64,000 nucleotides of DNA from Promethearchaeota archaeon (GTDB lineage: Archaea; Asgardarchaeota; Lokiarchaeia; Sigyniarchaeales; SOKP01): the NCBI GenBank assembly GCA_029838195.1, contig JALGVJ010000017.1, forward strand, positions 105,690-169,689, in the 5' to 3' direction. A model generated the notes under the pieces. The model was given only the letters and a program-made list of their open reading frames with translations, did no database searches and was not told the DNA's origin. Numbering within the stretch: position 1 is the stretch's first letter; the number at the start of each line of letters is the position of its first letter. A program made the position numbers and the translations under genes. Below, one piece after another: positions 1 through 11,280 of this stretch.

Positions 1-1
1 C

Positions 2-76
2 ATTCTAGATGATGGAAAGAAAATAGTAGTGAAAGATTTATTGGGTCATGCGGAAGATATTTACTGGCGATGGTAA
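2..76 (+). CDS. 3' end of a gene entering from the left edge, DUF2804-like C-terminus (partial)
   Basis: Manual translation ILDDGKKIVVKDLLGHAEDIYWRW*, resembling the LDDG...G(F/H)AE...W terminus of DUF2804 proteins. Confidence 0.6.
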   Translation: MLDDGKKIVVKDLLGHAEDIYWRW

Positions 77-414
77 TCAAATATAATTTTTTTCGTTTTT
101 TTTACTTATCATATCTCATCTCGTTCGCTTACTTTTAATTAGTGTGTATGCCCTGCTCGAGTACCATTTTAATTCATGCTTCAAAATTGATTAAAAAGTA
201 CAATTTTTATTAATTTACATCCTTCTCTTTTTCTTTTTTATTGCTCGAATAATACTCCTTTTATAAATAAAAATAAAAATAAAAATAATTTTGATAACTA
301 GTCGGCGATTGATAAATTTATCAAGAACTCCTTGTAATCACTATTTTAAAAAATAAACTAAAACAAGAACTGAAAAAAAAGGAGATTCTTTAATAGTAAT
401 CTAATTTTTTTAGC

Positions 415-1152
415 TCATGCTGCTTCTTTAACTATCAACTTAGCTAGTTTTGGAGGCATGGTCCACCCGATATAGAAGATAATCGAGGAGATTAGCAAGA
501 TTAACCGCGTGATAAATAAGGTTAAGGCTATTAAAGAAATTACGGAATCTAGAATTGCTCCAATTCCGAAAAATAAGAATGCAAGTAAAATTAATTTTGC
601 CTTCCATTGAATGACTCGATTGGGAGATTGCATGGATTTTCTTATGAAAATAAGGATAGTAAGCAAGTTTATCGCGATGGTAATCAAGACATAAGAAGCA
701 ACGATAAGCTTAGTTTCACTATCAAATTTTGATACCCGAATGGCTAATAAAGAAGGATCTGTAACCAGGTAATAGAAAAAAATGATAATATACGCAATAT
801 TAAAGGCTAAATAAATTAATAATATTTTCCATTTGGAATACGGGTATACTAAAAGCGCAAATGAATACATCCATAATAAAGAAGCGATTGGAATCAGACC
901 AAAACTAATGAAAATGTAGAATGTATCTGATACGTCCACGTTAAAAACTAAAATGGTAATGAAAGCAATTGCTGAACCCCACCAAGGAGAAAATAGAAAA
1001 ATTAACATTAGACCTACCGTTACCAGTTCAATTTGCTTATATGAAAAATATTTCGATACAATTCGAAATCCCAACAAGAAATTTACCGTGAGGGTTAATA
1101 ATTCAAATGTTCCGTAAAATAACTCAAGAGATGTAAAACTTTCAATTCCCAT
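415..1152 (-). CDS. Standalone ~7TM membrane protein (paralog 1)
   Basis: 245 aa, about seven hydrophobic segments, no soluble domain; closely similar to 1796-2533. Confidence 0.85.
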   Translation of the reverse strand: MGIESFTSLELFYGTFELLTLTVNFLLGFRIVSKYFSYKQIELVTVGLMLIFLFSPWWGSAIAFITILVFNVDVSDTFYIFISFGLIPIASLLWMYSFALLVYPYSKWKILLIYLAFNIAYIIIFFYYLVTDPSLLAIRVSKFDSETKLIVASYVLITIAINLLTILIFIRKSMQSPNRVIQWKAKLILLAFLFFGIGAILDSVISLIALTLFITRLILLISSIIFYIGWTMPPKLAKLIVKEAA

Positions 1153-1446
1153 ATCCTAACCTCAATTTTATTAAACATGATTTCATGATATTTAAGATGT
1201 TTTAATGCAAATTTAAATGTTTCTATCTAAATCGATGATAAAAATTAAAAAATCCTTTCTTTTCATTGGTTATTTTATATAAAAATGGAGTAGTCTTCAA
1301 TTTATCATGCAAGGCAAAAGAGAACCCCTTATCCATGGCTTCAAGATTTACATGTAAGAGAACTTGGTTTCATGCATCTTACTTTGTAATTATAGGAATA
1401 AAAATTAAAAAAAATAAAAAACTGAAAGAAGAATGAATATACAAAA

Positions 1447-1467
1447 GATATCTATTGGCGATGGTAA
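1447..1467 (+). repeat. Duplication scar: copy of the last codons (DIYWRW*) of the gene ending at 76
   Basis: gatatctattggcgatggtaa versus gatatttactggcgatggtaa at 56-76; offset 1391, close to the 1381 offset of the two 7TM genes. Confidence 0.75.
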
Positions 1468-1795
1468 TATTTTTTTAACCTTTTTTTCCTTTTCTTTTCA
1501 TTTTTTCGTTCATTTTTCTTTTGTTAATTCTTGCTCATGTTAATCTGAACTTGGGAAATATCTTGAATATCTTAATCCTTTTCTGGTTTTCATTTTTTAA
1601 TGGTTAAAAAGACTTCCGGTTCAGCTTTATAATAATAATAAAAAACCGTGCTTTCTTAATTTAAGTGCTTTTCCTTTTCTCAAACATTCTTTTAAACCCA
1701 ATAAAGAAAATAAGTTAAAGAATTATCCAAATTCACGACTTTCAAGCATGCATGGTGCTTATTTGAATGTTAACTGAAATTAATCGGATTTTTCT

Positions 1796-2533
1796 TCAAG
1801 CTTCCTCCTTACTCAACAACTTGGCCACTCTTGGAGGCATGATCCATCCAATATAGGAAATGACGGAAGAAATCATCAAAATTAGTCGCGTGAAAAATAA
1901 TGTAGGGGGTGTTAAAGAAACGACAGAATCAAGGACCGCTCCGATCACAAAAATGACAAGTGCGAGAAAAATTAATTTCCCTTTCCATTGGATTGTTTTG
2001 TCGGGGGAAAGCATGGATTTTCTCATGAAAATAAATGTTGTTATTAGAGAGATTGCTAACGTGATCATGACATACGATGTCACCACGAGTTCGGTTTCAC
2101 TATCGATTTTCGATACTCGAATGACTAATAGAGAAGAATTCGTTATCAAGTAGTAGAAAAAAATAATGACATATGCGAAATTAAAAACCAAATAAATTAA
2201 GAAAAGTTTCCACTTGGAATGGGGGTATACCAAAAGTGCAAACGAGTACATCCATAATAAAGAAGCGATTGGAATTAACCCATAACTTATGATGATGTAA
2301 AATGTATCTGATACGTCCACGTTAAAAACTAAAATGGTAATGAATGAAATTGCTGAGCCCCACCATGCAGAATATAAAAAAATTAACATGAGCCCTACAG
2401 TTATCAATTCTTTTCTTTTAATGGTACGATATTTCAATATAATTCGAATCCCCAACAAGAAATTCACCGTTAACATTGCCAATCCAAAACCCCCTTGAAA
2501 CAATTCAAAAGAAGTAAAACTCTCAACTCCCAT
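1796..2533 (-). CDS. Standalone ~7TM membrane protein (paralog 2, tandem duplicate)
   Basis: 245 aa, collinear with 415-1152 (ELxTVGLMLIF, WWGSAI, GLIPIASLLWMYSFALLVYP). Confidence 0.85.
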   Translation of the reverse strand: MGVESFTSFELFQGGFGLAMLTVNFLLGIRIILKYRTIKRKELITVGLMLIFLYSAWWGSAISFITILVFNVDVSDTFYIIISYGLIPIASLLWMYSFALLVYPHSKWKLFLIYLVFNFAYVIIFFYYLITNSSLLVIRVSKIDSETELVVTSYVMITLAISLITTFIFMRKSMLSPDKTIQWKGKLIFLALVIFVIGAVLDSVVSLTPPTLFFTRLILMISSVISYIGWIMPPRVAKLLSKEEA

Positions 2534-2837
2534 TTTTTAACCCTTGTTAATTGTATTAGATATAATTTATATAGTAATCATCATGGGGACACGCTAATTT
2601 AAATATTACCATCTAAATCCATTTAAAATTTTTAAATTTCTTTTTCTTTCCCCATTGTATTTATCATTAACTTAGAATTTCCAATCCACCATTCAAATCA
2701 TGAAACAATTATCGATCGATAAAACAAGACGCTTAACTCAAATGAGAGCGCTATTTCAAACTTTTTCCAAGTAATAAAAGAATAAAAGGTAAAAAATTAA
2801 GGATTAAAAAAAAATAAAGAAAATCATAAAGTATTAT

Positions 2838-4283
2838 CTAAAGATCTAAGCCCATTTCTTTCAATTTTCGCTTGTTTTCTTGAACTAATTCAGGCGTAAT
2901 GTCATACCATTTCCAGAAAATAAAAATCGTCACGAGAACAATAAACGCCGGAATGAGAGCAGCATGCATGCGAATTCCAAGAAGTGCCAGCTCTGGAGTG
3001 GGACTCACGGCTACTAATTCTGAATAGCTCGATACGCCCTCCACGAACCCCGTTAAATTATGAATGACAGCAAATACAAGTGCCTGTGCAACCGTGCTCA
3101 AGCGAATGAAAAATGCATTAATGCCGTAATATATTGCCGGTTGACGCTTGCCCGTGCGAACACTTAGATCATCAATTACATCCGCCATGGCTGGCGGATC
3201 CACATACCACTGCCCTCCAAGACCAATGCCGAATAAGAATAACGCAATTATGAAAAATATGAAGCTATTGGCGAAGAAAATGGGCAAAAACGTTATGACC
3301 ATGGCAAATCCCGCATAGATGGAAATTTTTTTGTTATTATTCATCTTCTGAGCGAAAAAATTCCAGAGTGGAACCGAAACAAAAGCACCAACTAGCATTA
3401 ATGCCATTAAAATGCTAAGCGCTGAAGCTTGTTCCTGAATAACGAATGTTACCATGTAGGGCGCTGAAGCCGACAAAAAGGCAACAGCACATTGATAACC
3501 GAAAAAGAAGATCACTTTCGTCATAAAGCGCCGATCGGTAATGGATTGACGGGCAATACTGAAAAAATTTTCCATTTCACTTTTTTCTGCGAGTTGTTTT
3601 TGTTCTTCATATCGTTTTCGCATTACTTTATTTTCCCACGTTCCGGGAATCATTAATACAAACAGGCACATGGCAACGGCAACGGAGAGCCAAGCAGAAT
3701 ACCGGTAAGATTCAGGAACTCCCGTCGTTATGAACAAAGGGGCAAAAATAGAACCCGCAACAATACCTGCCATGCCAATAATCGTTCCAATCCCTGTGCA
3801 CGTTCTTCTTTCCTCTAAAGTAGTGAATTTATCCGGGTAGATGGCGACAGCATTAATATTCCAGAGCGTGAATAAAGTATCATATAGGCAAATCATGATG
3901 AGGAGCCACAAAAAGACAAGCCATTGATCATCGACGGGATCCCATTCAAGAGGGACAAGAAATACAGCCAAATAGGAAAAGAGCCAGGGAATGGCACCAA
4001 ATAAGATCCAAGGAAATCTTCGCCCTAATTTTCGTTCCCACGGCATGTGAATTCGTTCTAGGATGTATCCAATCAAGGGATCATTAATAGCATTCCATAC
4101 GGAGAAAATGATAAAGGCCAAGGCAACAAGTCCGACATTTAATCCGATTTCTGCTTCATAAAAGAAAAACGTGAAGAGTCCGAAGGGTCCCGTGATGAAT
4201 TGGCTAAAGAATTGGAAGGTTTGATAGCTTGCCATGATCCATTTTGAATTTTGAGGCGTTGGTTGAATCGCTTTTTCCGTCAT
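2838..4283 (-). CDS. MFS transporter, GPH/MelB-like family
   Basis: WNAINDPLIGY and GRRFPW motifs, ~12 TM; ATG at 4283 preferred to the TTG at 4334. Confidence 0.85.
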   Translation of the reverse strand: MTEKAIQPTPQNSKWIMASYQTFQFFSQFITGPFGLFTFFFYEAEIGLNVGLVALAFIIFSVWNAINDPLIGYILERIHMPWERKLGRRFPWILFGAIPWLFSYLAVFLVPLEWDPVDDQWLVFLWLLIMICLYDTLFTLWNINAVAIYPDKFTTLEERRTCTGIGTIIGMAGIVAGSIFAPLFITTGVPESYRYSAWLSVAVAMCLFVLMIPGTWENKVMRKRYEEQKQLAEKSEMENFFSIARQSITDRRFMTKVIFFFGYQCAVAFLSASAPYMVTFVIQEQASALSILMALMLVGAFVSVPLWNFFAQKMNNNKKISIYAGFAMVITFLPIFFANSFIFFIIALFLFGIGLGGQWYVDPPAMADVIDDLSVRTGKRQPAIYYGINAFFIRLSTVAQALVFAVIHNLTGFVEGVSSYSELVAVSPTPELALLGIRMHAALIPAFIVLVTIFIFWKWYDITPELVQENKRKLKEMGLDL

Positions 4284-4506
4284 TTTTAATACACTTTTAA
4301 TTGAGAATAGTTTAATTATTCCTTTAATTTTCAATTTTTATTTCAAAAAAAAAACCATGTTCCAAAAAGATAAATTTTAATATTTCATTTCGTTTGAGAA
4401 ATTAACCATTATAAAAAAAGGATATAGATTTTTAGAAATCTAAAAGTTACTAACAAAGATGATGAGTAAATAGTAGGGCAACTTTCGAAAATAAAGGAGG
4501 TGAATC

Positions 4507-4965
4507 ATGGTAAGGGAAGAAAACACGATTGTAAAAATAAAATTAAAAAATGGCTTCATTTTTTCGAGTGAATTGAATCATGAGCAGGTAAAACAGCTTG
4601 TTATTGATGAAACCATTGAAAAGGAAGGCAGAGCGCGAGGCCCGGATGCTGCAGAATTATTGGGGCTCGCTATTTTATCTTGTTTGAGCGCCAGTTTTTT
4701 ATTTTGTTTACAGAAAAAAAATCTCACCGTGGACGATTTAGAAACAACAGCAGAAATATCGTTTAAGAAAAATGAGAAAGGATATGTAAGAGTAAAGGCA
4801 ATTGATGTTAAATTAATTCCTAAAAGTACAGATCCGTCCGTATTGCGCAGAATAGAGCAATGCAAGAGAGAAGTGAAAAGTGGACACATGTTTTTTGAAG
4901 AAACGTGCATTATCACCTCCTCGGTAAGAGAAGGAATAAAGGTGACCGTGGACATGGGTTCATGA
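4507..4965 (+). CDS. OsmC/Ohr-family protein
   Basis: GPDAAELL...SC and distal C(IITSS); strong SD GGAGGTGA upstream. Confidence 0.8.
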   Translation: MVREENTIVKIKLKNGFIFSSELNHEQVKQLVIDETIEKEGRARGPDAAELLGLAILSCLSASFLFCLQKKNLTVDDLETTAEISFKKNEKGYVRVKAIDVKLIPKSTDPSVLRRIEQCKREVKSGHMFFEETCIITSSVREGIKVTVDMGS

Positions 4966-5064
4966 AACCTTACATTTTTAAGAAAAAATTTTCATTAAAA
5001 TGCATGACTCAAGTCATTTGAGATGGATTCATACTCATATAAGAATAAAATAGATAATATAAAA
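4811..5064 (+). repeat. 254-bp direct repeat, left copy (osmC 3' end plus downstream DNA)
   Basis: Aligns without gaps to 20311-20564; 18 mismatches by manual count. Confidence 0.95.
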
Positions 5065-6370
5065 CGGGCCAACGGGTTATATTTTCAAGAATCCGGAATC
5101 AAGATATTCAGATTATAAATCCTCTCAAAATCCAAATGATATTAGAGATTATGGTGCCGTTAATGCCTATTATGATAGTGATATACTCACTCAAGAAATT
5201 ATCGGAGAAAATACTGAAGCTATTAATAAAGCTATACAGCGAGGAAGCTTGTTGGGGAAGGTTGTCTTGATTCCCGAAGGAGATTACGTTTGCGGAACAA
5301 TTAAGCTTCAGGGCAATCTAATTTTAAAGATTAAAGGAAATCTGATTGGAAGTCGTGATAGGAACGATTATTCTCCGAAGAATTTTCTTATTGGTGAAAA
5401 TATCAGCAATCTCGTTATTGAAGGAGAAGGAGGTAAGATAATGGGCGAAGGAGAGTATTTCTGGAACAATCCTATACTAAAGCCTCTCGAATCAAATCCA
5501 GAAATTTCTGATATTAGAATGCTTCAATTAAACCACTTTCTAGCAAAACGGGAAAAAAAAGATAACAGACCCTCTCCCTTTATTAGAATCACTGGAAGTA
5601 AAGACATTTTGATCAGAAATCTAATAATAGAAAACTCCCCTGGCTGGACTTTAAGCTTTGAATTATTTAACAATGGTAAAATAAGAGACCTAATAATTCA
5701 CAATAACATCCGAGGGGGTAATGTGAATGGCATAGATATCGTCGGAACCAGTAATGTAAATATTAATAATGTATTGGTTTCCACGGCAGATGATGGTATA
5801 GTGCTTAAAAATCCCACCTCTGTTCCTATGAGTAACATTAAGATTAGAAATGCCAGGATCTCCACAACAGCTAACGGATTTAAGATAATGACTGAAACGT
5901 ATTCAGATATTAACGACGTGTCCTTCACGGATAGTGAGATAATTACAACCGAATTTTTCCCCGGGGCGATTTCTGGTGTTGCTATTGAATCGGTTGATGG
6001 AAGTCATGTGAGTAATATTAAAGTGGACAATATCATAATGAATGGAGTTCTGGGCCCATTATTCATTCGCTTAGGGAATCGCAATAAATATGATACTAAG
6101 GATTTAATGAGTAGAATCGATAATATAAGAATAAGTAATATTTATTGCTATAATTGTCAATTACCAAGTATAATTAGTGGAGTTATGGACAAAGACTCGG
6201 AACTCACGATAACCAATGTCCTTATAAACAATTTTGATATGCAATATCTCGATAATAAAGAATTTCTCATACTTCTCCCATCGGTTCCTGAAAATCCAGC
6301 GGTTTATCAAAAGGTCAATATTATTCCAAGGGCGGTCAATACCCGTGAAATGATTGTTATAGAAGGATGA
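5063..6370 (+). pseudogene. GH28/pectin-lyase-fold glycoside hydrolase, 5'-truncated and probably degenerate
   Basis: Frame open from 5063 (repeat junction) through DIRDYGA...NTEAINKAI with no start codon; NSPGW and DD present but the NTDG motif reads NVNG; aberrant C-terminus. Confidence 0.65.
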
Positions 6371-6668
6371 ATAAATTTCCAAATCTTTCAAATCCTGTGA
6401 GGGATATTTCATCAAATAGAACCTTGATGTTCATTGGAACCATAGATTACAATCTCTCCAGATATCATATCTTGTGCATATGAAATTATCTCTTTTATAT
6501 TCTCTCTGGATATGGTGGAAAGATTTTAAAGAATTTCCTTAAAGTCTTTTCCTTCTTTATCCAATCCAAAATATCCATAACTAGAACCCTAATTCCCTTA
6601 ATAACTGGAGCTCCACCACATACCTCTGGGTCCCTAATAATACTTACATATTTACCTAATTTAATCAC
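6370..6668 (-). pseudogene. DUF433 antitoxin (frameshift and stop) followed by the start of a DUF5615 PIN-toxin remnant
   Basis: IRDPEVCGGAPVIKG then shifted frame KEIL*...RENIKEIISYA; overlapping MNIKVLFDE from 6434. Confidence 0.65.
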
Positions 6669-6749
6669 ACTGACTTTATATTTTAAAGATTGTTGAATTT
6701 TAAATCCACTAATTGCTAGATGTATTATTAATAAAAAAAAGGTATCCAA

Positions 6750-7469
6750 TCAGAGAATTGCCGAAACTGAGAGAAATATCCCGGCACCATTGACTAGAAA
6801 ATGGCATACAATTCCAGGCCAGATATTTTTCAATTTCTGAGCAACATGGGGTATAATTTGGCATGTAATTAACATGAAGGGAATGGCATACCATTTAAAC
6901 ATGTGAAAGCAAGCCCATAAACAACCATGGAGCAATCAAATAAATCTTCCAAAAGCCACTTCTTGACGTGGTAAGATATATGACCGCCACCATAATTCTT
7001 CTCCAAAAATGTTTAAGGATAAAGTTACCAATGTCATCCATAATATAGGTTCCTCATCCGTATACAACTCAGGTAGAGGGAAATTAGTTATCTCATATAA
7101 CAATCCCGCTATAAAATTAAAAAGTAGAGATAGAATCCCAAAAATTAATGCCGCAATAATAGTTATTATCCAACCTTTAGCAGAAAGGTTCGAGAGGCGC
7201 ATGCGCTTACAGAAGTTACTCCAAGCCCAAAGATTTCCTTCTCACTTATATCCTACAATAGCAGCAACAAATAAGCCTCCAGTGAGAAGGGATACTGAAA
7301 AAGAATATAAACCATAATCCGAAAATCCTGCATTCCGTAATATTGGCCATAACCACCAATTACTCCACATGGCAACTAACATTGGAATTCCAAATAAAAG
7401 AAGAGAACTTAATAATCCTATTGGTTTGAGCTCTCTTTATTGATTAATTTGTAATATTTATTGAGTCAT
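6750..7469 (-). pseudogene. CPBP (Abi/CAAX) intramembrane protease pseudogene
   Basis: EELWWR, FH and HxxxN motifs in one frame interrupted by several stops. Confidence 0.8.
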
Positions 7470-7560
7470 ATTTTATAGTGGATCTGAAAGATTCTTATAT
7501 AATTTGGAGACCAATTTTTTAAGCTCATAGATGACTTTCCTTAAGGAACGATATTTAAAG

Positions 7561-9381
7561 TTAGAAAGATATTTTAAGTTTTTGAATGTCCTTATAGATA
7601 TCAGGTGTGAGGGCTTCATAATTATCTCTTTCTGGTAAGAGTACAAATAAAGGATCTTCATGAATATATAAATCGAAACTATCTTTTTTAAGAGAAGATT
7701 TCTTGAGTTTAAAAGTAGATGTGATTTCCAAATCCTTTCTAAATCTTAAGAATAAGGGAATTGCATAACTTGCGAGGTTTTTATTCAAGTGTTCCTTAAA
7801 ATGATTAAAATCAAATTCTTCAAGGTCCGTTTTTAAAACTAAAGTTGCCATTCCTGCTCGTCCATCTGTACCTGGAATTTTCACTCCATATACGCATGAA
7901 AATAATACCTCATCACATGCATTAAGAATCCCCTCTACTTCAGTAGTAGAAATATTGTGTCCCTTCCAGCGAAAGGTATCTCCTATACGATCCACGAATA
8001 AGACGTGATTACATCCTTGATCAAGAACAATATCTCCCGTATTTACATACGCATCTCCTTTCTTAAAAGCATTGCGTATGAGTTTACTTTCAGTGTCTTT
8101 TTTATTTAGATAACCTAAAAATGCAAGCTTATCTGCTTTTGCATTGAATAACAATAGACCCGGTTCATCTTTATCGACCTTTACCAAGAATCCTTCTTCG
8201 TCCCTGATAAGCTCATCATTTTCTGTATCATATTTAACCAATACATAAGGTTTATTACAATATCCAGAGGTTTTATCAAAATTAAAAAAATTGAAGAATC
8301 CTCCTCCCAATTCGGTGGCAGCATAGTACTCTCCTATAGTTTCAATGGCAAATCTGTCCTTGAATTCATTCCAGATCTCGGGACGTAATCCATTTCCTAA
8401 GACAACTCGCACTTGATTATCCTTATCCTCTGGGGTTTGCGGAGCATTTACTAAATAACGACATACCTCTCCCACGTAGTTGAAACAAGTAGCCTCATAC
8501 TTGCGGATATCATTCCAAAAATTAATAATGCTAAATCGCCTAGCAAGGGCAAAAGTACAACCTATATTAAGAGGAGGAGCCCAACCACTTATAAGAGGAT
8601 TAGAATGAAACAATGGAAGGGGACAATATAATGTATCTTCTGGTTCTAAATTTGCTATTAACTTTCCAAACAATAGTCCTCCACAGACTATTCTCTGATG
8701 AGGGATGGGGACTGCTTTTGGTAAACCCGTGGTGCCCGAGGTAAACACATAAGCAAACGTATCAAAAGTCTTGATATTTGCTGTCGTTGGTGGATTTTCC
8801 GCTGGGAATGGCTCCACTTTTTTCATAAGATCTATAAATCCTTCTGGTAATGGAACTTTTCCCTGATCTCTTACAAACAATAAAATTTGTTCCTTGGTCA
8901 ATCCCATGCTTGGTTTAACCGCTTCGAATGCTTCATAACAGGTTTCGTCAATTATTATAATTTTTGAAGGAGAAATCGTAAGAGAGTGTATTAGCGCTTC
9001 TCCCTGAAAATCAGAATTGATAAGGGAAGAAATGACACCGATTTTCGCAAGAGCACTCAAAATAAATAGCAGTTCAAGACGATTTTTCATTAATACCACA
9101 GCAACATCCTTCTTTTTAAGCCCGATGGAGATAAAATAATGAGCATAACGATTAACGCATTCATTGAATTCCTTATAGGTTAATTTTTCATCCTCAAACT
9201 TCACTGCAATTATGTCTGAAAATTCTCTAGCATTTCTTTCTATTAACGTTCCAATGGACATCTTATTTTCCTTCATTCTAGTCATTATTTCTCGAAGGAT
9301 GTAGTCATTTTCAGCATAAAAGTTCCTTAATTTTCTTCGAAATGTTTTCCTGTCAATCTTTAGTTTTATCGATTCTGACAT
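7561..9381 (-). CDS. Long-chain acyl-CoA synthetase, FATP/SLC27-like
   Basis: YVFTSGTTGLPK, YVGEVCRYL, GNGLRP, DRIGDTFRWKG, DGRAGM. Confidence 0.92.
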   Translation of the reverse strand: MSESIKLKIDRKTFRRKLRNFYAENDYILREIMTRMKENKMSIGTLIERNAREFSDIIAVKFEDEKLTYKEFNECVNRYAHYFISIGLKKKDVAVVLMKNRLELLFILSALAKIGVISSLINSDFQGEALIHSLTISPSKIIIIDETCYEAFEAVKPSMGLTKEQILLFVRDQGKVPLPEGFIDLMKKVEPFPAENPPTTANIKTFDTFAYVFTSGTTGLPKAVPIPHQRIVCGGLLFGKLIANLEPEDTLYCPLPLFHSNPLISGWAPPLNIGCTFALARRFSIINFWNDIRKYEATCFNYVGEVCRYLVNAPQTPEDKDNQVRVVLGNGLRPEIWNEFKDRFAIETIGEYYAATELGGGFFNFFNFDKTSGYCNKPYVLVKYDTENDELIRDEEGFLVKVDKDEPGLLLFNAKADKLAFLGYLNKKDTESKLIRNAFKKGDAYVNTGDIVLDQGCNHVLFVDRIGDTFRWKGHNISTTEVEGILNACDEVLFSCVYGVKIPGTDGRAGMATLVLKTDLEEFDFNHFKEHLNKNLASYAIPLFLRFRKDLEITSTFKLKKSSLKKDSFDLYIHEDPLFVLLPERDNYEALTPDIYKDIQKLKISF

Positions 9382-9424
9382 AATTTAGTAATTTAAGACA
9401 TTCTTAAAAAATCTTGCTCAGTGG

Positions 9425-9440
9425 TTATCACTGGTGACAA
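9425..9440. promoter_or_regulatory. Candidate palindromic operator TTATCAC-TG-GTGACAA
   Basis: Near-perfect inverted repeat in the divergent ligase/regulator intergenic region; matches 14207-14222 in reverse complement. Confidence 0.55.
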
Positions 9441-9510
9441 TAACTTTAAATGATGTGGCAGATAATAATTAAGTATTGATTCTTATAAGAATTATTAACA
9501 ATTAGAGAAG

Positions 9511-10209
9511 ATGGCTAGTAAAAAATCTTATAAGAAACTTAAACCCGAGGAATGGAAAAATGAAATCCTTGAATTTTTAGAGAATAATCCATCGGGATTT
9601 ACTATCACCGACATTGCTGAAGAGATAAATTCTACACGTACTACTGTTTCAAAATATCTTTCCTTACTGGAGCAAGAGAAAAAAGTATTATCCAAGGAAA
9701 TTGGCGTTTATAAACTCTATTTCAGTGCGGAACGGAGATTTATGGCATTAAATCTTTTTCAAGCTTACTATAAATCACTATTAATGGGCATAAAGGATAA
9801 GTTTTCAGATAAACAAGATTTTAAAGAAATCGGGTATCAAATTTGCGACAACCTTTTTGATTTCTTCTATAACCAATTTCCAAAGAGTATAAGAGATCAA
9901 ATAAAGAGCTTTAAAGATTTCTTAAAATTCTTTGGAAAAGTCTATCCCGAATTGGACTTCATTTATTCGGATAATTTGACCATACAAGAAAATGTTAATC
10001 TTGAAAATGAAGAGGCCATTTACCAGTTTAAGAACATTGGAATTTTAGACTTTCCACTTGATTTGGAATACCATTTTTATATCATTTCGGGAATGATTGA
10101 GAGAAGTCTAACAAAAATCTTTAAAAAAGGGGGAAAAAGAATATATTCTGACATTCAATCCATCGACAAAAAGAATAAAATAGTCACTCTTACAATACAA
10201 CGTAAGTAG
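9511..10209 (+). CDS. Winged-HTH transcriptional regulator with C-terminal V4R-like domain
   Basis: EILEFL...TITDIA...TRTTVSKYL HTH; C-terminal KEIG...HFYIISGMIE; paralog of 18992-19681. Confidence 0.75.
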   Translation: MASKKSYKKLKPEEWKNEILEFLENNPSGFTITDIAEEINSTRTTVSKYLSLLEQEKKVLSKEIGVYKLYFSAERRFMALNLFQAYYKSLLMGIKDKFSDKQDFKEIGYQICDNLFDFFYNQFPKSIRDQIKSFKDFLKFFGKVYPELDFIYSDNLTIQENVNLENEEAIYQFKNIGILDFPLDLEYHFYIISGMIERSLTKIFKKGGKRIYSDIQSIDKKNKIVTLTIQRK

Positions 10210-10359
10210 GTTATATAATTTTATTTAATTTTAAAGAACCTATCAAGTGTATTTCATAAATACATCTTTATATATCTTCTTTTATTCTACCAAATATAGG
10301 ATTAGGTAAAAACATTAAAATATACTTTTTTGCTTCAATCATCAAACCAAGATACTAAA

Positions 10360-11280
10360 AGATTGTAGATTCTGAAAATAAAATCAATTCTAGGCTTGAT
10401 GTAATTAAATCTACGGAATCATCCCCTAAACGCTTTGATATTCCGCTAGAAGCCCTTTCTTATTTCGAACGAGGTTTTAAGCCATCCTTTTTTAATAAAA
10501 AAGTACTGCCTTATACAATGCGTAGCATGAGAGAGATTAGAAAATCCTTTAAATCAATTAAAAAAACCCTTTAAATCCAAAAACTTCCGTTAATCCAGAA
10601 TTTATTAGATCATTTGAAGAATTTTGTTATAGAATTGGAGCTAGTGCAATCGGATATACCAAAATTCCTCCTGAATTTTTGTTTAAAGACAAGGGAGTAA
10701 TCTTTGATAATGCTATTGTATTTGCTATGGAAATGGATAAAGATAAAATCGCAAAGGCATCCGGTTTAGATGCATTAATCGAAGTTCAAAAAACATATCG
10801 AGATTTAGGGAGGATTGTAAATTCTGCAGCAGAATTTTTACGTAATTGCGGTTATGCCGCTCAAGCCAGTCGTCCTTTGGGAGGAGTTATATTGTATCCC
10901 CGATTGGCAAGATTGGCAAATCTAGGCTGGCAAGGAAGCCATGGCATGTTGATTACACCTCAATATGGTCCTAGAGTTCGTTTAGCAGCGGTTTTCACGA
11001 GCATCTCAAATATACATCTCTCTAGAAACAATACACATGCCTGGATCGAGTCGTATTGTAAAATATGTGGCATTTATATAAAAAAATGTCCTGTAAATGC
11101 CATATATTCAGAACCAATTAAAAAAGATAACGGAGTTATTACACATATAGATGTAAATAAGTGCTTTCCCTATTTCCTGAAAATTATGGATGTTCTGTTT
11201 GCATGGATCGTTGTCAATTCAACCGAATTGGTTATAACAAATTAAAGGCACGCATGATGGAAATAAATAAAAAAAATTAA
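10360..11280 (+). pseudogene. Reductive-dehalogenase (RdhA/QueG)-like Fe-S protein pseudogene
   Basis: ANLGWQGSHGMLITPQYGPRVRL; CKICGIYIKKCP (one Cys lost); second cluster GCSVCMDRC in a shifted frame; another frameshift near 10565; limits approximate. Confidence 0.75.

Noticed and set aside
6750-7240. In-frame TGA codons in the CPBP gene suggesting UGA recoding
   Set aside because: TAA stops occur in the same frame upstream and many intact genes here end in TGA; ordinary pseudogenisation.
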